DNA of 64,000 nt from an uncultured virus (IMG/VR IMGVR_UViG_3300032829_000002). Taxonomy: Duplodnaviria > Heunggongvirae > Uroviricota > Caudoviricetes. The stretch spans positions 1-64,000 of IMG/VR virus record IMGVR_UViG_3300032829_000002, one strand, 5' to 3'. How positions within the stretch are numbered: the stretch's first letter is position 1; the number at the start of each line of letters is the position of its first letter. The position numbers and the translations under genes are program-made. Shown here piece after piece: positions 53,159-63,221 of this stretch. Below the pieces are notes generated by a model that ran no database searches, had not been told where the DNA came from, and saw only the letters and a list, made by a program, of their open reading frames with translations.

Positions 53159-55402
53159 ATGGAGCTGTTTCTCGACTCTCGAATCGATTTCCAGAAGACC
53201 GCCACCGCGGAGGTAATGCTTCCCGAAGACCCCGCGGAGTGGCCGACGGAGATTCTTCAGGAGCTCTACAAGCAGGTACCGTACGTCGCGGATTTCATGC
53301 CGGACGTCGTCATGGACCGCGTCGACGCAGAGCAGCGCTTCGGCTTCGGTCACATCGAAGTGAGCAACAAGACCGAGATCCAAGGCGAGCAGGGATCTCC
53401 GATGATGCAGGCGGCGGGCGTTCGCAACGTTCGCATTCCGATCATCATCAAGGAGGGCAAGCTCCAGCCCTTCGACGTTCTCATCACCGAGCAGTCGAAG
53501 ATGCTGCCGCTCACCGAGCGTCGTCTTCGCCAGTCGCTCTTCCGCCCGCAGCTCTTCGACGTGACGAGCCGCACGCCGGGCGACCAGTCGATGATCTCCC
53601 AGCTCTACCCGCCGTACCGTCAGAACTACGGCTTCGGTGGCGGCGGCGCGGTGATGACCGCCGGCATGGGCAAAGAGGGAGCTGCCAAGGAGAAGTGCGG
53701 CGGCATGAAGACCGCGGCGGAGAAGACGGCGCTCAACCCGAGTACCATCGGTTCGTACCTGAAGCAGCAGAAAGCCCCGCAGGCGCTCGCTCGTGCCTCG
53801 AAGTCGATGATGGGGCGCGGCGCTCAGCTCGTTCAGGAAGGCGGAGCCGCGGCTGCGAAGGGACAGAAGTACCTGACGGGAGCCAACATCGCTGCCCAGC
53901 GCGCGACGTCGGTGATGCCGAAAGCGGCTTCGATTCTTGCGACCATCCTGCCCACCATCAACGAGCAGGATTTCAACCGGTTCCTCTCGGAGGTCACCGA
54001 GCCGCGTACCAAAGCTGCGTTCGCGCTGAACAAGACTGCAACGCAAGCCGCGATCTCCGTTCTCGCCGGGTACGTGCCGCAAGATCTGAAGGCGCGTGGG
54101 GAGAAGCTGGCGGCAGCCATCCATCCCTCAGCGGTGCAGATCTCCAGAGCGAGCGGCGGTGGGTACACCATCAAGACGGCGAGTCACAAGATGTGGCAGC
54201 CCACGGAGCGCGCACTCGATCGCGGACAAGTCGTCGAGCTCGTTGGTCTCGACGGTGCCATGCTCATCGACAAGCACGGCTCGATCACCATGGCGGACGA
54301 GGCTGCCATCGGTTCTGACGCGCCGGAGGCCGATCGCCCGGAGCTCGTCAAGGACTACGGCATCTACCGGGTGCAGACCGACGACGGCAAGCAGCTCGTG
54401 GGCTTCTGCTTCCCGAACCTGCTCGATCTCGACGGCATGCCTCTGCCGATGACCCTCTTCACCAACGGCTCGCACTCGGTCGTGCAGGGGGAGATCGCAG
54501 GTATCCGCGTCGCCGACGGTGCCAGCCTGATGGAAGGCCGTCCTCGTGGGCACGGCGTGTTCTACCAGGTCTTGCCGAATGGTGCGGCGCAGGCGACGGT
54601 GCCTCTCACGATCACCACGAGCGTCACCTCGCCTGAAGAAGGCGCGGAGCTCATGGCCGAGACGATGGATGGTCGCCAGGTGGCGATCGTCGTCCAGCCT
54701 GGAGTGCAGCGCATCACGATGGCCGACGAAGATCACGTCGTCGTTCCGGACAGCTTCCGCTGGCTTCCTCTCGAGCAGACCGAGGCGGTGTCCTTGGCTG
54801 AGCATCCCGAGCAGTTCAGCAAAGAAGCGCACGCGTCCGCAGTGGGCAGTGTGTGGGTGCGCGCGGGCGGCAGCAACGTCTTCGACATCTCGGGCGCGCC
54901 CGTCGAGAAGATCGCTTCGGACGAACGCAGCTTCATCGACATCGATCAAGTCATGTTCGTGCTGAGCGGCCTCGGCGTCGACCCGCAGTACGCCATTCAG
55001 AAGGTCGGTGAGGCGATTCAATTCCAAGAGCCGATCGAGGTCAGCGTGAGCCGCGTCCTCGAACCGGCGGAGGAAGTGAAGGCCGCGATGTTGAAGAAGG
55101 CGCACGACGTTCTTCAGAAGCTGCCGAATCTTCGCCAGAACCTGGTGAAGGAAGCCGCGAGCATTCCGGACCCGGCAGCCGTCGACAACGTTCTCAGCCT
55201 CGGGTTCATCAACCCAGAGAACATGATGACCTTCGTCACCTATCTGCCGCAGCTCGACGAGACGCAGAACAAGCTCTGCGAGCTCTTGATCGCGGCGCGT
55301 TTGGGCATGCGTGAGTTGCCCGCGAACGCTCTCGAGCGCGCGATCCGCGGTCTCGAGAACACCATCGAGGGCCTCAACGTCGTGGCCTTCAACAAAGAGT
55401 AA
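53159..55402 (+). CDS. Large putative head-associated protein rich in K-x-A motifs
   Basis: ATG at 53159 after GGAG; more than 10 K-x-A motifs. Confidence 0.6.
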   Translation: MELFLDSRIDFQKTATAEVMLPEDPAEWPTEILQELYKQVPYVADFMPDVVMDRVDAEQRFGFGHIEVSNKTEIQGEQGSPMMQAAGVRNVRIPIIIKEGKLQPFDVLITEQSKMLPLTERRLRQSLFRPQLFDVTSRTPGDQSMISQLYPPYRQNYGFGGGGAVMTAGMGKEGAAKEKCGGMKTAAEKTALNPSTIGSYLKQQKAPQALARASKSMMGRGAQLVQEGGAAAAKGQKYLTGANIAAQRATSVMPKAASILATILPTINEQDFNRFLSEVTEPRTKAAFALNKTATQAAISVLAGYVPQDLKARGEKLAAAIHPSAVQISRASGGGYTIKTASHKMWQPTERALDRGQVVELVGLDGAMLIDKHGSITMADEAAIGSDAPEADRPELVKDYGIYRVQTDDGKQLVGFCFPNLLDLDGMPLPMTLFTNGSHSVVQGEIAGIRVADGASLMEGRPRGHGVFYQVLPNGAAQATVPLTITTSVTSPEEGAELMAETMDGRQVAIVVQPGVQRITMADEDHVVVPDSFRWLPLEQTEAVSLAEHPEQFSKEAHASAVGSVWVRAGGSNVFDISGAPVEKIASDERSFIDIDQVMFVLSGLGVDPQYAIQKVGEAIQFQEPIEVSVSRVLEPAEEVKAAMLKKAHDVLQKLPNLRQNLVKEAASIPDPAAVDNVLSLGFINPENMMTFVTYLPQLDETQNKLCELLIAARLGMRELPANALERAIRGLENTIEGLNVVAFNKE

Positions 55403-56340
55403 TGATCCGACACAGCCCTTGCGAGCGGTACATCCGCTACCTGCTCCTCGACAACCCCGAACGAGACAACGCCGAGATCCGCGGAATCCTCGAAGCTCAA
55501 GGGCTCGACTGCCTCGGCGACGCGTACCTGAATGGCCTCCGTCAGCAGTTCAATGCACTGCCGGACGGGTTCAACCCGAGGAGCAGGCGGCACTGCGACT
55601 CGTTCAACTTGGTACGAGATGCAGGCGTCCTCGAGCTCTTCCAAGGAGATCCTCGAGAGATGGCCCCGATGTACTCCATCCTCGATAACGCGCGCGCCAA
55701 GGAGTTCATCGAGGTAGCGCTCATCTTCGAAGCGCCTGCGAACGCCATCGCAGATCAGCTTCGACGCTACTACTACGTTCCCGACGCGACGCCCGCGGCG
55801 GTCGAGCGGTACCGCTGGTTCTACTGGGACGTGCGGCTCGTCGACACGACGGAGCTCCGCGGCATCATCAAGCTTCGCTACCTGCGCGCCAAGGAGAGCA
55901 GCAACAAAGAGATCGAGTTGCAGGGCAAGGCGTTGAGCTCGAGTCTTTACAGCGACCCGCGTTGGATTGCTGCCAACACGCCGCGCTCGCACTTCTCTGC
56001 GTTGCTTGGGCAGATCTCCTTGGGCATGATGCCTGCCAATATCGACATCAGCACCGCGATGTCGTACTCGCGCGCGATGATGATTCTCCGTGTCTACGAG
56101 GAATCCATCTCGCGCGTTCCGGATGCGGACCGTCGCGCGCTCAACTGGACGCACAGCATCAAGATGCTCGGTGAGCTCAACGAGCAGAAAGAGCGTCCGG
56201 AGGACAGCCTGCGAGCGCAGCTCGAGGCGATCACTCTTCGCACCGACACGCAGAAGATGCCGTACGTCTTGGCAGTCAGCAACGGAGAGCATACGGTGGA
56301 TCTTGCGTCTGTCGTGACGGAGAAAGATCCCCATGAATGA
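55402..56340 (+). CDS. Hypothetical helical protein (terminase small subunit candidate)
   Basis: TAATG overlap; lies upstream of terL. Function is by position only. Confidence 0.55.
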   Translation: MIRHSPCERYIRYLLLDNPERDNAEIRGILEAQGLDCLGDAYLNGLRQQFNALPDGFNPRSRRHCDSFNLVRDAGVLELFQGDPREMAPMYSILDNARAKEFIEVALIFEAPANAIADQLRRYYYVPDATPAAVERYRWFYWDVRLVDTTELRGIIKLRYLRAKESSNKEIELQGKALSSSLYSDPRWIAANTPRSHFSALLGQISLGMMPANIDISTAMSYSRAMMILRVYEESISRVPDADRRALNWTHSIKMLGELNEQKERPEDSLRAQLEAITLRTDTQKMPYVLAVSNGEHTVDLASVVTEKDPHE

Positions 56341-56761
56341 ATCCTACGAAGTGCAGGGAAATGACGTCCCGGACGTCATCTCGAAAGAACCGCAGCTCGG
56401 CATCGCGCCTCCGAACTTCGTGCGTATCGAGAAGTACTCGAGCTTCGTCGCCGAGGTTGCAATCATCGACGACGACTTCGTGTTCCACTTCTTTCTTCCG
56501 AAGAGCGGCGTCGCGGACTACGTCGGCTATTGGGAGGGGTCCTTCCCGGAGTGCCTGGACGAAGTCGCGCGCAACTACTTCAAGGTCAGCTACCCGCGGC
56601 TGAAGGCAGCTCACATCAAGGAGCTCGGCATCGACTCTTGGTGGATGCGTGCCTACGGCTTCGCAGGGAACACGCTCAACCCGGAAGGCTTCGTCGAGAA
56701 GTTCTACGAGAAGCTTCACGAATCCTTGTCGGATGCCTTGCGCAACCTGAAGCGAACGTAG
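56333..56761 (+). CDS. Hypothetical protein
   Basis: Overlaps the upstream stop; typical codon usage. Confidence 0.6.
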   Translation: MNESYEVQGNDVPDVISKEPQLGIAPPNFVRIEKYSSFVAEVAIIDDDFVFHFFLPKSGVADYVGYWEGSFPECLDEVARNYFKVSYPRLKAAHIKELGIDSWWMRAYGFAGNTLNPEGFVEKFYEKLHESLSDALRNLKRT

Positions 56762-57006
56762 GCGCGCTTCAGACTGATGTTTTTGACGCACCACCCAGAC
56801 TCCTTCGCGTACTCGCGCAGGTAGGTGCGAAGAGCGTCTCGGGCGGGCTTCGGAATGGAATCCGTCAACCCTACCGTGACCCGAAGTTCTTGATCTTCGG
56901 TGTCGACAAGAACATCCTGACGAAATCCCCCTCCGGCTCTTCCCAAGGAGCCGAGCACGTTCTGCAAGAGCGTGTACGGGTCGTCAGTCTTCTGCGGAGG
57001 AAACAT
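56716..57006 (-). CDS. Hypothetical protein (96 aa), opposite strand to the packaging cluster
   Basis: Only plausible ORF filling 56761-57006; globular-looking sequence; no obvious RBS. Confidence 0.4.
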   Translation of the reverse strand: MFPPQKTDDPYTLLQNVLGSLGRAGGGFRQDVLVDTEDQELRVTVGLTDSIPKPARDALRTYLREYAKESGWCVKNISLKRAYVRFRLRKASDKDS

Positions 57007-58802
57007 TGGTTGATGAGACTGTAGAGCAGTCGGAGCCGAGCGTCGACGAGGACCCGCTCGATGACAGCGCCGAGGAGGCTGCCTTCTTTGCGGAGCCTGT
57101 AGTCGTCGAAAACATCTTCGATGGACTCGAGAAGAAGGGGCCTGTCGATCGACGTCTGTCCGTCACGATTTCCCAGTTCACCGAGGCGGCCTTTCGCATG
57201 CCTCGGGAGGATGGTCTTCCCGGCTTCAAGAACTTCTCCTTCGAAGGCCGGCGTCATCTTCGAATGCCGTACGACACGTCGTCGCGACGCATCCTTCTCT
57301 GCACGGGCCGTCAGGTCGAGAAGTCCACTCTTCTTGGCAACCGCGCGATCGCGTACTGCTGCCTGGTCCCCTCTTTCAAGGTCCTCTACGTCTCCCCGAC
57401 GTCGACGCAGACCAAGACGTTCTCGACAGATCGTCTGAAGGAGCCGATCGAGACCAGCGACATTCTGCGTGGCTTCACTAACCGTGCACTCTCGCAGAAC
57501 GTCTTCGAGAAGCAGTTCAGCAACTGGTCGAAGATCACGTTGCGCAACGCCTTCCTCAACGCAGACCGCACCCGCGGTATCCCTGCATGGATGCTACTGC
57601 TCGACGAGTTCCAGGACATTCTCTCGGACAACGTTCCTGTCATCGAGCAGTGCACGGGTCACGCACCCAAGCGATGGCGGCAGTTCGTCTACGCCGGTAC
57701 TCCGAAGAGTCTCGACAACAACATCGAGTACTACCGCGCGCAGCAGTCGACACAGGGCGAGTGGATGGTTCCGTGCGATCATCACGGAGGAGAAGGTGGT
57801 CGCTACTGGAACATCCTCGGTGAACGAAACATCGGCAGGACGAGCCTCATCTGCGAGAAGTGCGGAGGCCAGATCTACGCGCAGCATCCAGATGCGGTCT
57901 GGGCGGGGCAGGTCGAGAACGCGCCGTTCGAGAGCTACCGCATTCCGCAGCTCATGGTTCCGTGGAAGCCGTGGGAAGAGATTCTTCTCGACTACGAGCG
58001 CTATCCTCGTGACAAGTTCTACAACGAGGTTCTCGGGCTCTCGTACGACTCAGGCATGCGACCGCTCACGATGGCGCAGGTGCAGGCGTGCTGCCGGTCG
58101 GACATCACGATGCATCCGGACACTCTCGAGAAGTACAAGGAGAAGGCCGTCGACAATCCAGTCTTCGCCGGTCTCGATTGGGGTACGGGCGAGAACACGT
58201 ACACCGTGCTGACACTCGGCACGTACGTAAACATGAAGTTCCGCGTCATCTACATGCATCGTTTCACGGGCGTCGAGCTCGATCCGCAGCTCCAGCTTCG
58301 TACGCTCGATGAGATCTTGAACGACTTCCGTGTGCTCATCATCGGCGCCGACTACGGTGGCGGCTTCGACCGCAACGACCACCTCACCCGCAAGTTTGGT
58401 CCGAACCGTCTTGCGAAGTTTCAGTACATGGCGCGTGCCAAGCGCAAGGTCGAGTTCGACGCGAAGTTGCGCCGCTACAAGGTCTTTCGTACCGAGGTGA
58501 TGAGCGACATCTTCAACGCGATCAAGCGCAGCAACGTCTTCGAGTTTCCTCGCTGGGAGGAGTTCAAGCAGCCGTTCGCGCAGGACATGTGCAACATCCA
58601 CTCGGAGTACAACGAGACGCTCCGAATGATCCAGTACGACCACGGCCCCGACAGGCCGGACGACTCTTTCCACTCCCTGCTCTACTGCTTCCTCGCCTCG
58701 TGCATCAAGTTCCCGCGTCCCGACATCATCGCGCCGCTGCGTGAAGATCAGAACCGCGGGCCGATGATGTCGGTCTACTCTGGCCCGGTGAATCAGGGCT
58801 AG
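57006..58802 (+). CDS. terL: Terminase large subunit (lambda GpA-like)
   Basis: 'TGRQVEKST' Walker A, 'LLLDEFQD' Walker B, 'GTPK' coupling motif, Cys insert, nuclease 'GLDWG' and 'PDDSFHSL'; GGAGG before TTG. Confidence 0.85.
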   Translation: MVDETVEQSEPSVDEDPLDDSAEEAAFFAEPVVVENIFDGLEKKGPVDRRLSVTISQFTEAAFRMPREDGLPGFKNFSFEGRRHLRMPYDTSSRRILLCTGRQVEKSTLLGNRAIAYCCLVPSFKVLYVSPTSTQTKTFSTDRLKEPIETSDILRGFTNRALSQNVFEKQFSNWSKITLRNAFLNADRTRGIPAWMLLLDEFQDILSDNVPVIEQCTGHAPKRWRQFVYAGTPKSLDNNIEYYRAQQSTQGEWMVPCDHHGGEGGRYWNILGERNIGRTSLICEKCGGQIYAQHPDAVWAGQVENAPFESYRIPQLMVPWKPWEEILLDYERYPRDKFYNEVLGLSYDSGMRPLTMAQVQACCRSDITMHPDTLEKYKEKAVDNPVFAGLDWGTGENTYTVLTLGTYVNMKFRVIYMHRFTGVELDPQLQLRTLDEILNDFRVLIIGADYGGGFDRNDHLTRKFGPNRLAKFQYMARAKRKVEFDAKLRRYKVFRTEVMSDIFNAIKRSNVFEFPRWEEFKQPFAQDMCNIHSEYNETLRMIQYDHGPDRPDDSFHSLLYCFLASCIKFPRPDIIAPLREDQNRGPMMSVYSGPVNQG

Positions 58803-59545
58803 TGCACGGCGGACTTCGGGTCCTTGCTGTCGGCAAGGTGAATCAGGCTGAGCAAGGAGCTGACGAGGTCGCCATCGACGGTCGGAAAAATCCGGTCTGC
58901 TTTTCGCGGCCCCTTGGCTTGTCGGCAGTGCAGGTAGGCGCAGTTCTCCATGAAGCGAGCAGCAGCCGCGAAGTAGTTGTAGGCGACACGCACTTCGGGC
59001 AGCGGGTACTCGGGCGCGTTCCTTCGAATGAGATTCGCGAGCTGCACAAACGGCTCCCAGGGCTCATCCGTCTCGAGGACGTGGCTCGCCAGGAAAAGGA
59101 ATCCGGTGTCGATCTCGTAGAAGAAGCGCGCCCACTCCATCACTTCGGAGGCGGTCAAGGCGTCGAAGCGAAGGTGCAAGGACTCGTGTACTTTCTCCCA
59201 CGTCTTCAGAACACGATCTTCGTTCAACGGCGGAGTGTCGTACCGCGTTCCGAAAACGAAGGCGATGTCGTTGAGACGTCGCTCGAGCCGGCTGATCCCC
59301 GCCAGAGCTCGCAGCGCATTTTGGTTGGCGGTGACGACGTTGATCCCACGCGAGAGAACGTGCGCGGCTGCGTTCACGTCGGAGAGGTAGAAGTACTGCT
59401 TGCCACGAACCTGTACGACCTCGAGAACGCCTTGAGAGACCAGGCGGCGAATGATCGCGTTCGAAACCCCGAGGTGCTCGGCTGCCTCTTTTTTGGTCAG
59501 CAGGTCGTCGTCGGTTCGTTGCCTTCCCTTGCTCGAAGAGCCCAT
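58799..59545 (-). CDS. Protein with an N-terminal excisionase/MerR-like HTH (HTH_17), putative regulator
   Basis: 'LLTKKEAAEHLGVSNAIIRRLVSQGVL'. Confidence 0.7.
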   Translation of the reverse strand: MGSSSKGRQRTDDDLLTKKEAAEHLGVSNAIIRRLVSQGVLEVVQVRGKQYFYLSDVNAAAHVLSRGINVVTANQNALRALAGISRLERRLNDIAFVFGTRYDTPPLNEDRVLKTWEKVHESLHLRFDALTASEVMEWARFFYEIDTGFLFLASHVLETDEPWEPFVQLANLIRRNAPEYPLPEVRVAYNYFAAAARFMENCAYLHCRQAKGPRKADRIFPTVDGDLVSSLLSLIHLADSKDPKSAVH

Positions 59546-59580
59546 GCTATTCCTTAGCTATCTCACGACTGGAGTGCCGG

Positions 59581-60888
59581 ATGCACGACCTTCCGTTTCA
59601 GAGCCTCCTTCAACAATCGCACGCTCGTCCGATTTCGGGAGAAGAGCTCGAAGCTTTCGGCAAGAAAGCAGCCGATCTCTACACGCGCGGCGACGGTGAC
59701 CTGACGCAAGCAGTGGTCGAGACCGTCAAGCACGCGGGGCTTTCTCCGGAGCAAGTTCGTCGCGTCGTCGAGTTCGCCAACACGACCGCGTACTTGACCG
59801 AGTTCAAGAAAGAAGGCTCGCCCCATCGCGTCATCGAGTTCCAGGGCGGCCCGGCAGATCCGGCCGCGGTCCTTCAGGACCTGAACGATGGCGGAGGTGG
59901 GTCGACTTACGACCGTGGGATGCTCGACTACGCGTCACCTCCGGCGGAGACGAAGGTCGCGTCGGCCGCAGCCGAAGAGGCATTCGCTTCGGCACTCTCT
60001 CGCCCCGAAGCGGCGATGGTGCAGCACAACCCGTTCGGGGAAGTGATCGAGCTGAAGGACAAGCTTGCGTCGCTCTACGAGCACGAGACGTCGGTCCTCA
60101 GCGGTCTCGAGGGCATGTACATGGACCTCGCGGAGCAGCTCTACGGGCACGTCAAGCAGGCGGCCATGTCGGGCACGACGCTCGGGGAGGTGGTTCAGGC
60201 GTGGGCGCCGTTCGTCGCTGACCCCCTCTATGTCAAGACGGCATTCGAGATGATCGGACCGCGCCTCGTGCAGGAGGAGGTCTTCCGCACCCTCATCGAC
60301 GTCGACGACTCGATCAGCAAGACCGCCAGCGAGCACCGGATGGTCAACGAGCAGCATCCGCTCGTCGTGACGATGACCGAGTTCTGCGAGACGCTCGACA
60401 AGCTCGCGGCGGTCCGCGAGACCCGAGAGCAGACCAAGCTCGCGTTGGACGAGACCGTGAGCTTCTTGCGCAAGGCGACGCCGGAGCGCGTTTCGGCCTT
60501 CTACGACAAGCTGGCGGAGATCGCTGGCGTGAAGGAGGCCGCACCGAAAATGCCGCGTCCTGGCCTGCTTCGAAGTGTGGTTGACACCTTCGAGGAGGGC
60601 GGAAAGCTCGTGGGAAAAGGCGGTAGGGCCGTGGGCGACCTGCTTTTCGGCCCCGGAAGCTCCGCGGCCGAGACCATGGGCAGAATCGCTGGCGGAGCGG
60701 TCACGCATATTCCGCACGCTATCGGTGGACTCGCTGCGGTCCGCGGCGCGCAGCACCTCTCTGCGCTCGGCGCTTCTCCTGTCGGCCAGACACTGAAGTC
60801 GTTCATTCCCGGCACGCCGGAGTATCAGCAAAAGAGCCAAGAGCTCGCGTACCAGTACAGCGGCTACCCCTTCCCCATGGGCTACTGA
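59581..60888 (+). CDS. Putative head-associated protein with K-x-A motifs
   Basis: GGAG RBS; 'LSPEQVRRVVEFANTTAY'; KVAS, KQAA, KTAS, KEAA. Confidence 0.6.
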   Translation: MHDLPFQSLLQQSHARPISGEELEAFGKKAADLYTRGDGDLTQAVVETVKHAGLSPEQVRRVVEFANTTAYLTEFKKEGSPHRVIEFQGGPADPAAVLQDLNDGGGGSTYDRGMLDYASPPAETKVASAAAEEAFASALSRPEAAMVQHNPFGEVIELKDKLASLYEHETSVLSGLEGMYMDLAEQLYGHVKQAAMSGTTLGEVVQAWAPFVADPLYVKTAFEMIGPRLVQEEVFRTLIDVDDSISKTASEHRMVNEQHPLVVTMTEFCETLDKLAAVRETREQTKLALDETVSFLRKATPERVSAFYDKLAEIAGVKEAAPKMPRPGLLRSVVDTFEEGGKLVGKGGRAVGDLLFGPGSSAAETMGRIAGGAVTHIPHAIGGLAAVRGAQHLSALGASPVGQTLKSFIPGTPEYQQKSQELAYQYSGYPFPMGY

Positions 60889-60894
60889 GGCAAC

Positions 60895-61485
60895 ATGAAC
60901 CCTCTCGAGAAGTACTTGGCGGAGAAGCACGGGACGAAGACGGCGGCGGGTCCGCTCGATGGTCTTCGTGGATTCGGGCAGCAGGTCGGTCGAGCGGCCG
61001 CAACCGGTGCGGGAACCGCCGTCGCCGGCGCCGCGATCGCAGGTGCTGGCGTCGCCGCTTCGAAGATTTGGGATGCAGTCACCAAGGGTCGTGACTTCCG
61101 AGCGATGATGGGATCTTCATTCAACGCGGACCTGCACGAGTTCCTGGCGACGCGCCCGAAGGAGTTCAACGAGTCCTTCAGCTCTCTGCGCACGATCAAT
61201 CCGGAGTTCACCAAGGACCCGATGATCGCGGGTACGTACATGCGCCGCATGATGATGTTGCGCCCGGACAGCGCTGGTGGCGCGCTCATCGAAGCGCTGT
61301 CGCACCGCAAGGCTCTTCCCGAGTCGGAGATCGGCGAAGCCTTTCTTCACAGCGCCGGCGGCGGCGTGATGGAGGGCACCAAGGCGCACATGCGGGAGCA
61401 GCAGCAAGCTACCCGTCGTCGCCCGGAAGGAGAGCACGGTCGTGGCGGAAGCGAGTACTTCCACGTGCCGTCCGGCCGCGAATGA
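60895..61485 (+). CDS. Putative virion protein with an N-terminal KTAA and Ala/Gly hydrophobic helix
   Basis: GAGG RBS; ATGA overlap with the next gene. Confidence 0.6.
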   Translation: MNPLEKYLAEKHGTKTAAGPLDGLRGFGQQVGRAAATGAGTAVAGAAIAGAGVAASKIWDAVTKGRDFRAMMGSSFNADLHEFLATRPKEFNESFSSLRTINPEFTKDPMIAGTYMRRMMMLRPDSAGGALIEALSHRKALPESEIGEAFLHSAGGGVMEGTKAHMREQQQATRRRPEGEHGRGGSEYFHVPSGRE

Positions 61486-63221
61486 TCAAGACGAGCTTCT
61501 TCTCGAGTCATGCGGCGTACGGGCCAGCGGCGATCCCGCTGTTCACGCGTGCCGATGAGTACCTCGAGAAGGTCGCGTCTCCTGACTTGTTGCCGGAAGT
61601 CGTTCGTTACATCCACACGCTTCGTCCACGCAGCGACGCGCAGTACGTTCTGCTGAACGCGATGGGTGCTGGCGAGTTCTGGGGCTCGAACGTCAACGGC
61701 GACTACTTCCCCGAGGCTGCGCTCATCCACGCTCCGGATGACTGGAGCGGCAATCCGCTGCTTGATCGCGAGAAGGCCAAGACGTGGGGCTACGGCTACC
61801 CGACGTTCTACTTGGCGCACCCGTACGCGCACCATCGGAACAAGGACGCGACGCGCGCCTTCGGAGAAGTCGAGCTCGCTCTCTGGAACAACCGGATGAA
61901 GCGCGTCGAATTGGTCACCCGCGTCGACAAGGACAAGTGCGACCAGTTCGGCGGTACGGGCGTCTGGGACAAACTCAAGGCCGGACACTTCCCGGACGTT
62001 TCGATGGGCTGCAAGGTTCCCTTCGATACGTGTTCGATCTGCCTCGACTGGGAGGCGTACCGAAAGGCGATGGCGACGTTCAAGAAGGATCGTCATCGTA
62101 CGCCCGGAGAGGCAATCCTCGAGGTTCACAAGCAGCTCAAGGCGAAGAACGGCAAGGGCATCCGCGGCTTGTCGATCACGCGCGCCGACTACTGCGAGCA
62201 CGCGCGCGGCTCGATGAACAAGATCTTGTCCGACGGACGAAAGGTCTTCGTCTACAACGACTACCCGAAGTTCTTCGACATCAGCTTCGTCTTCATCGGT
62301 GCCGACAAGACGGCGAAGGTGATGATGAAGATCGCCGACGGCGAGAGCAAATTGTGGTCGTTGCCCTCAGCGGAAATCGCAGAGAAGCTCGGGTACGTCG
62401 AAGAAGACGAACAAGAAGAAAAGACTGCGAGCGCTTCTGAAGAAGACGCGTTCAAGATGGCCTTCCTCGGGAAAGCCGCGAAGCTGAAGAAGAGCGAGAT
62501 CGTGAAAGACACGGTCCCCTCGCAGTTCGCTGGCAAGGCTGTTCCGCTGCTCACTCGTCACGAGCCGGATCTACCCGAGGAGGTGCTCGATGCGCTTGCG
62601 TCGCGTCCGCTTGGTGAAGCGCTCTCTACGACCACTGGGCTCGGTATGGTTCTTCGACCGAAGGAGTTCCAGCGGATCATCCTCGTTCGCGGAGGTCAAA
62701 AAGACGTCGCGGACGATCTCGAGCAACGTGGAGTCGTCTTTCCAAAGAGCGAAGAAACGGACCCCGTTTCCCTTCGTTCCGACCTCTTTCACTCCGCGCT
62801 CGCGAAGCTGCTTCTCCCGCTTCTTTCCGATCGATCTGCCTTCGGACCTGCCATCGAGAAGCGGGTTTTGGTCATCATTGGGAAGGGGTCGCCGGTAGCC
62901 CGAAAAACAGATTCTTCCCATTCGTCAGATCTGCTGCGTAAGATTGGGAGTGCGTACAACGGCTATCGCCAAGCGATTCTTCATCTCGTTCCTGAAGTGC
63001 AGGACATGATCGATCGCTCCGGTCTTTCCGACGGTAGTCTCAAGAAACTTGCACAGGCCCACGTGAACGAGCTATTCACATCCTTGTCGGCTGCCTATCT
63101 CAAGAACGCGTTCTTGGACGAGGTCGGCCACTCCAAACAGGCGAACGCCGGCGTGGAGAGGGGACTCCCCTCGAGGAACACGTGGAACTCACCAACCCTC
63201 GATGAAGGAGTCCACTCATGA
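61482..63221 (+). CDS. Putative prohead protease with a Cys/His zinc motif
   Basis: 'NVNGDYF', 'YAHH', 'DVSMGCKVPFDTCSIC', 'CEH', 'FFDISFV..GAD..A', a pattern seen in phage HK97/U35-like maturation proteases. Confidence 0.6.
   Translation: MIKTSFFSSHAAYGPAAIPLFTRADEYLEKVASPDLLPEVVRYIHTLRPRSDAQYVLLNAMGAGEFWGSNVNGDYFPEAALIHAPDDWSGNPLLDREKAKTWGYGYPTFYLAHPYAHHRNKDATRAFGEVELALWNNRMKRVELVTRVDKDKCDQFGGTGVWDKLKAGHFPDVSMGCKVPFDTCSICLDWEAYRKAMATFKKDRHRTPGEAILEVHKQLKAKNGKGIRGLSITRADYCEHARGSMNKILSDGRKVFVYNDYPKFFDISFVFIGADKTAKVMMKIADGESKLWSLPSAEIAEKLGYVEEDEQEEKTASASEEDAFKMAFLGKAAKLKKSEIVKDTVPSQFAGKAVPLLTRHEPDLPEEVLDALASRPLGEALSTTTGLGMVLRPKEFQRIILVRGGQKDVADDLEQRGVVFPKSEETDPVSLRSDLFHSALAKLLLPLLSDRSAFGPAIEKRVLVIIGKGSPVARKTDSSHSSDLLRKIGSAYNGYRQAILHLVPEVQDMIDRSGLSDGSLKKLAQAHVNELFTSLSAAYLKNAFLDEVGHSKQANAGVERGLPSRNTWNSPTLDEGVHS

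Noticed and set aside
58799..59545. Excisionase-like HTH as a sign of a prophage boundary
   Set aside because: No integrase, att-like repeat or host genes are present in the window.
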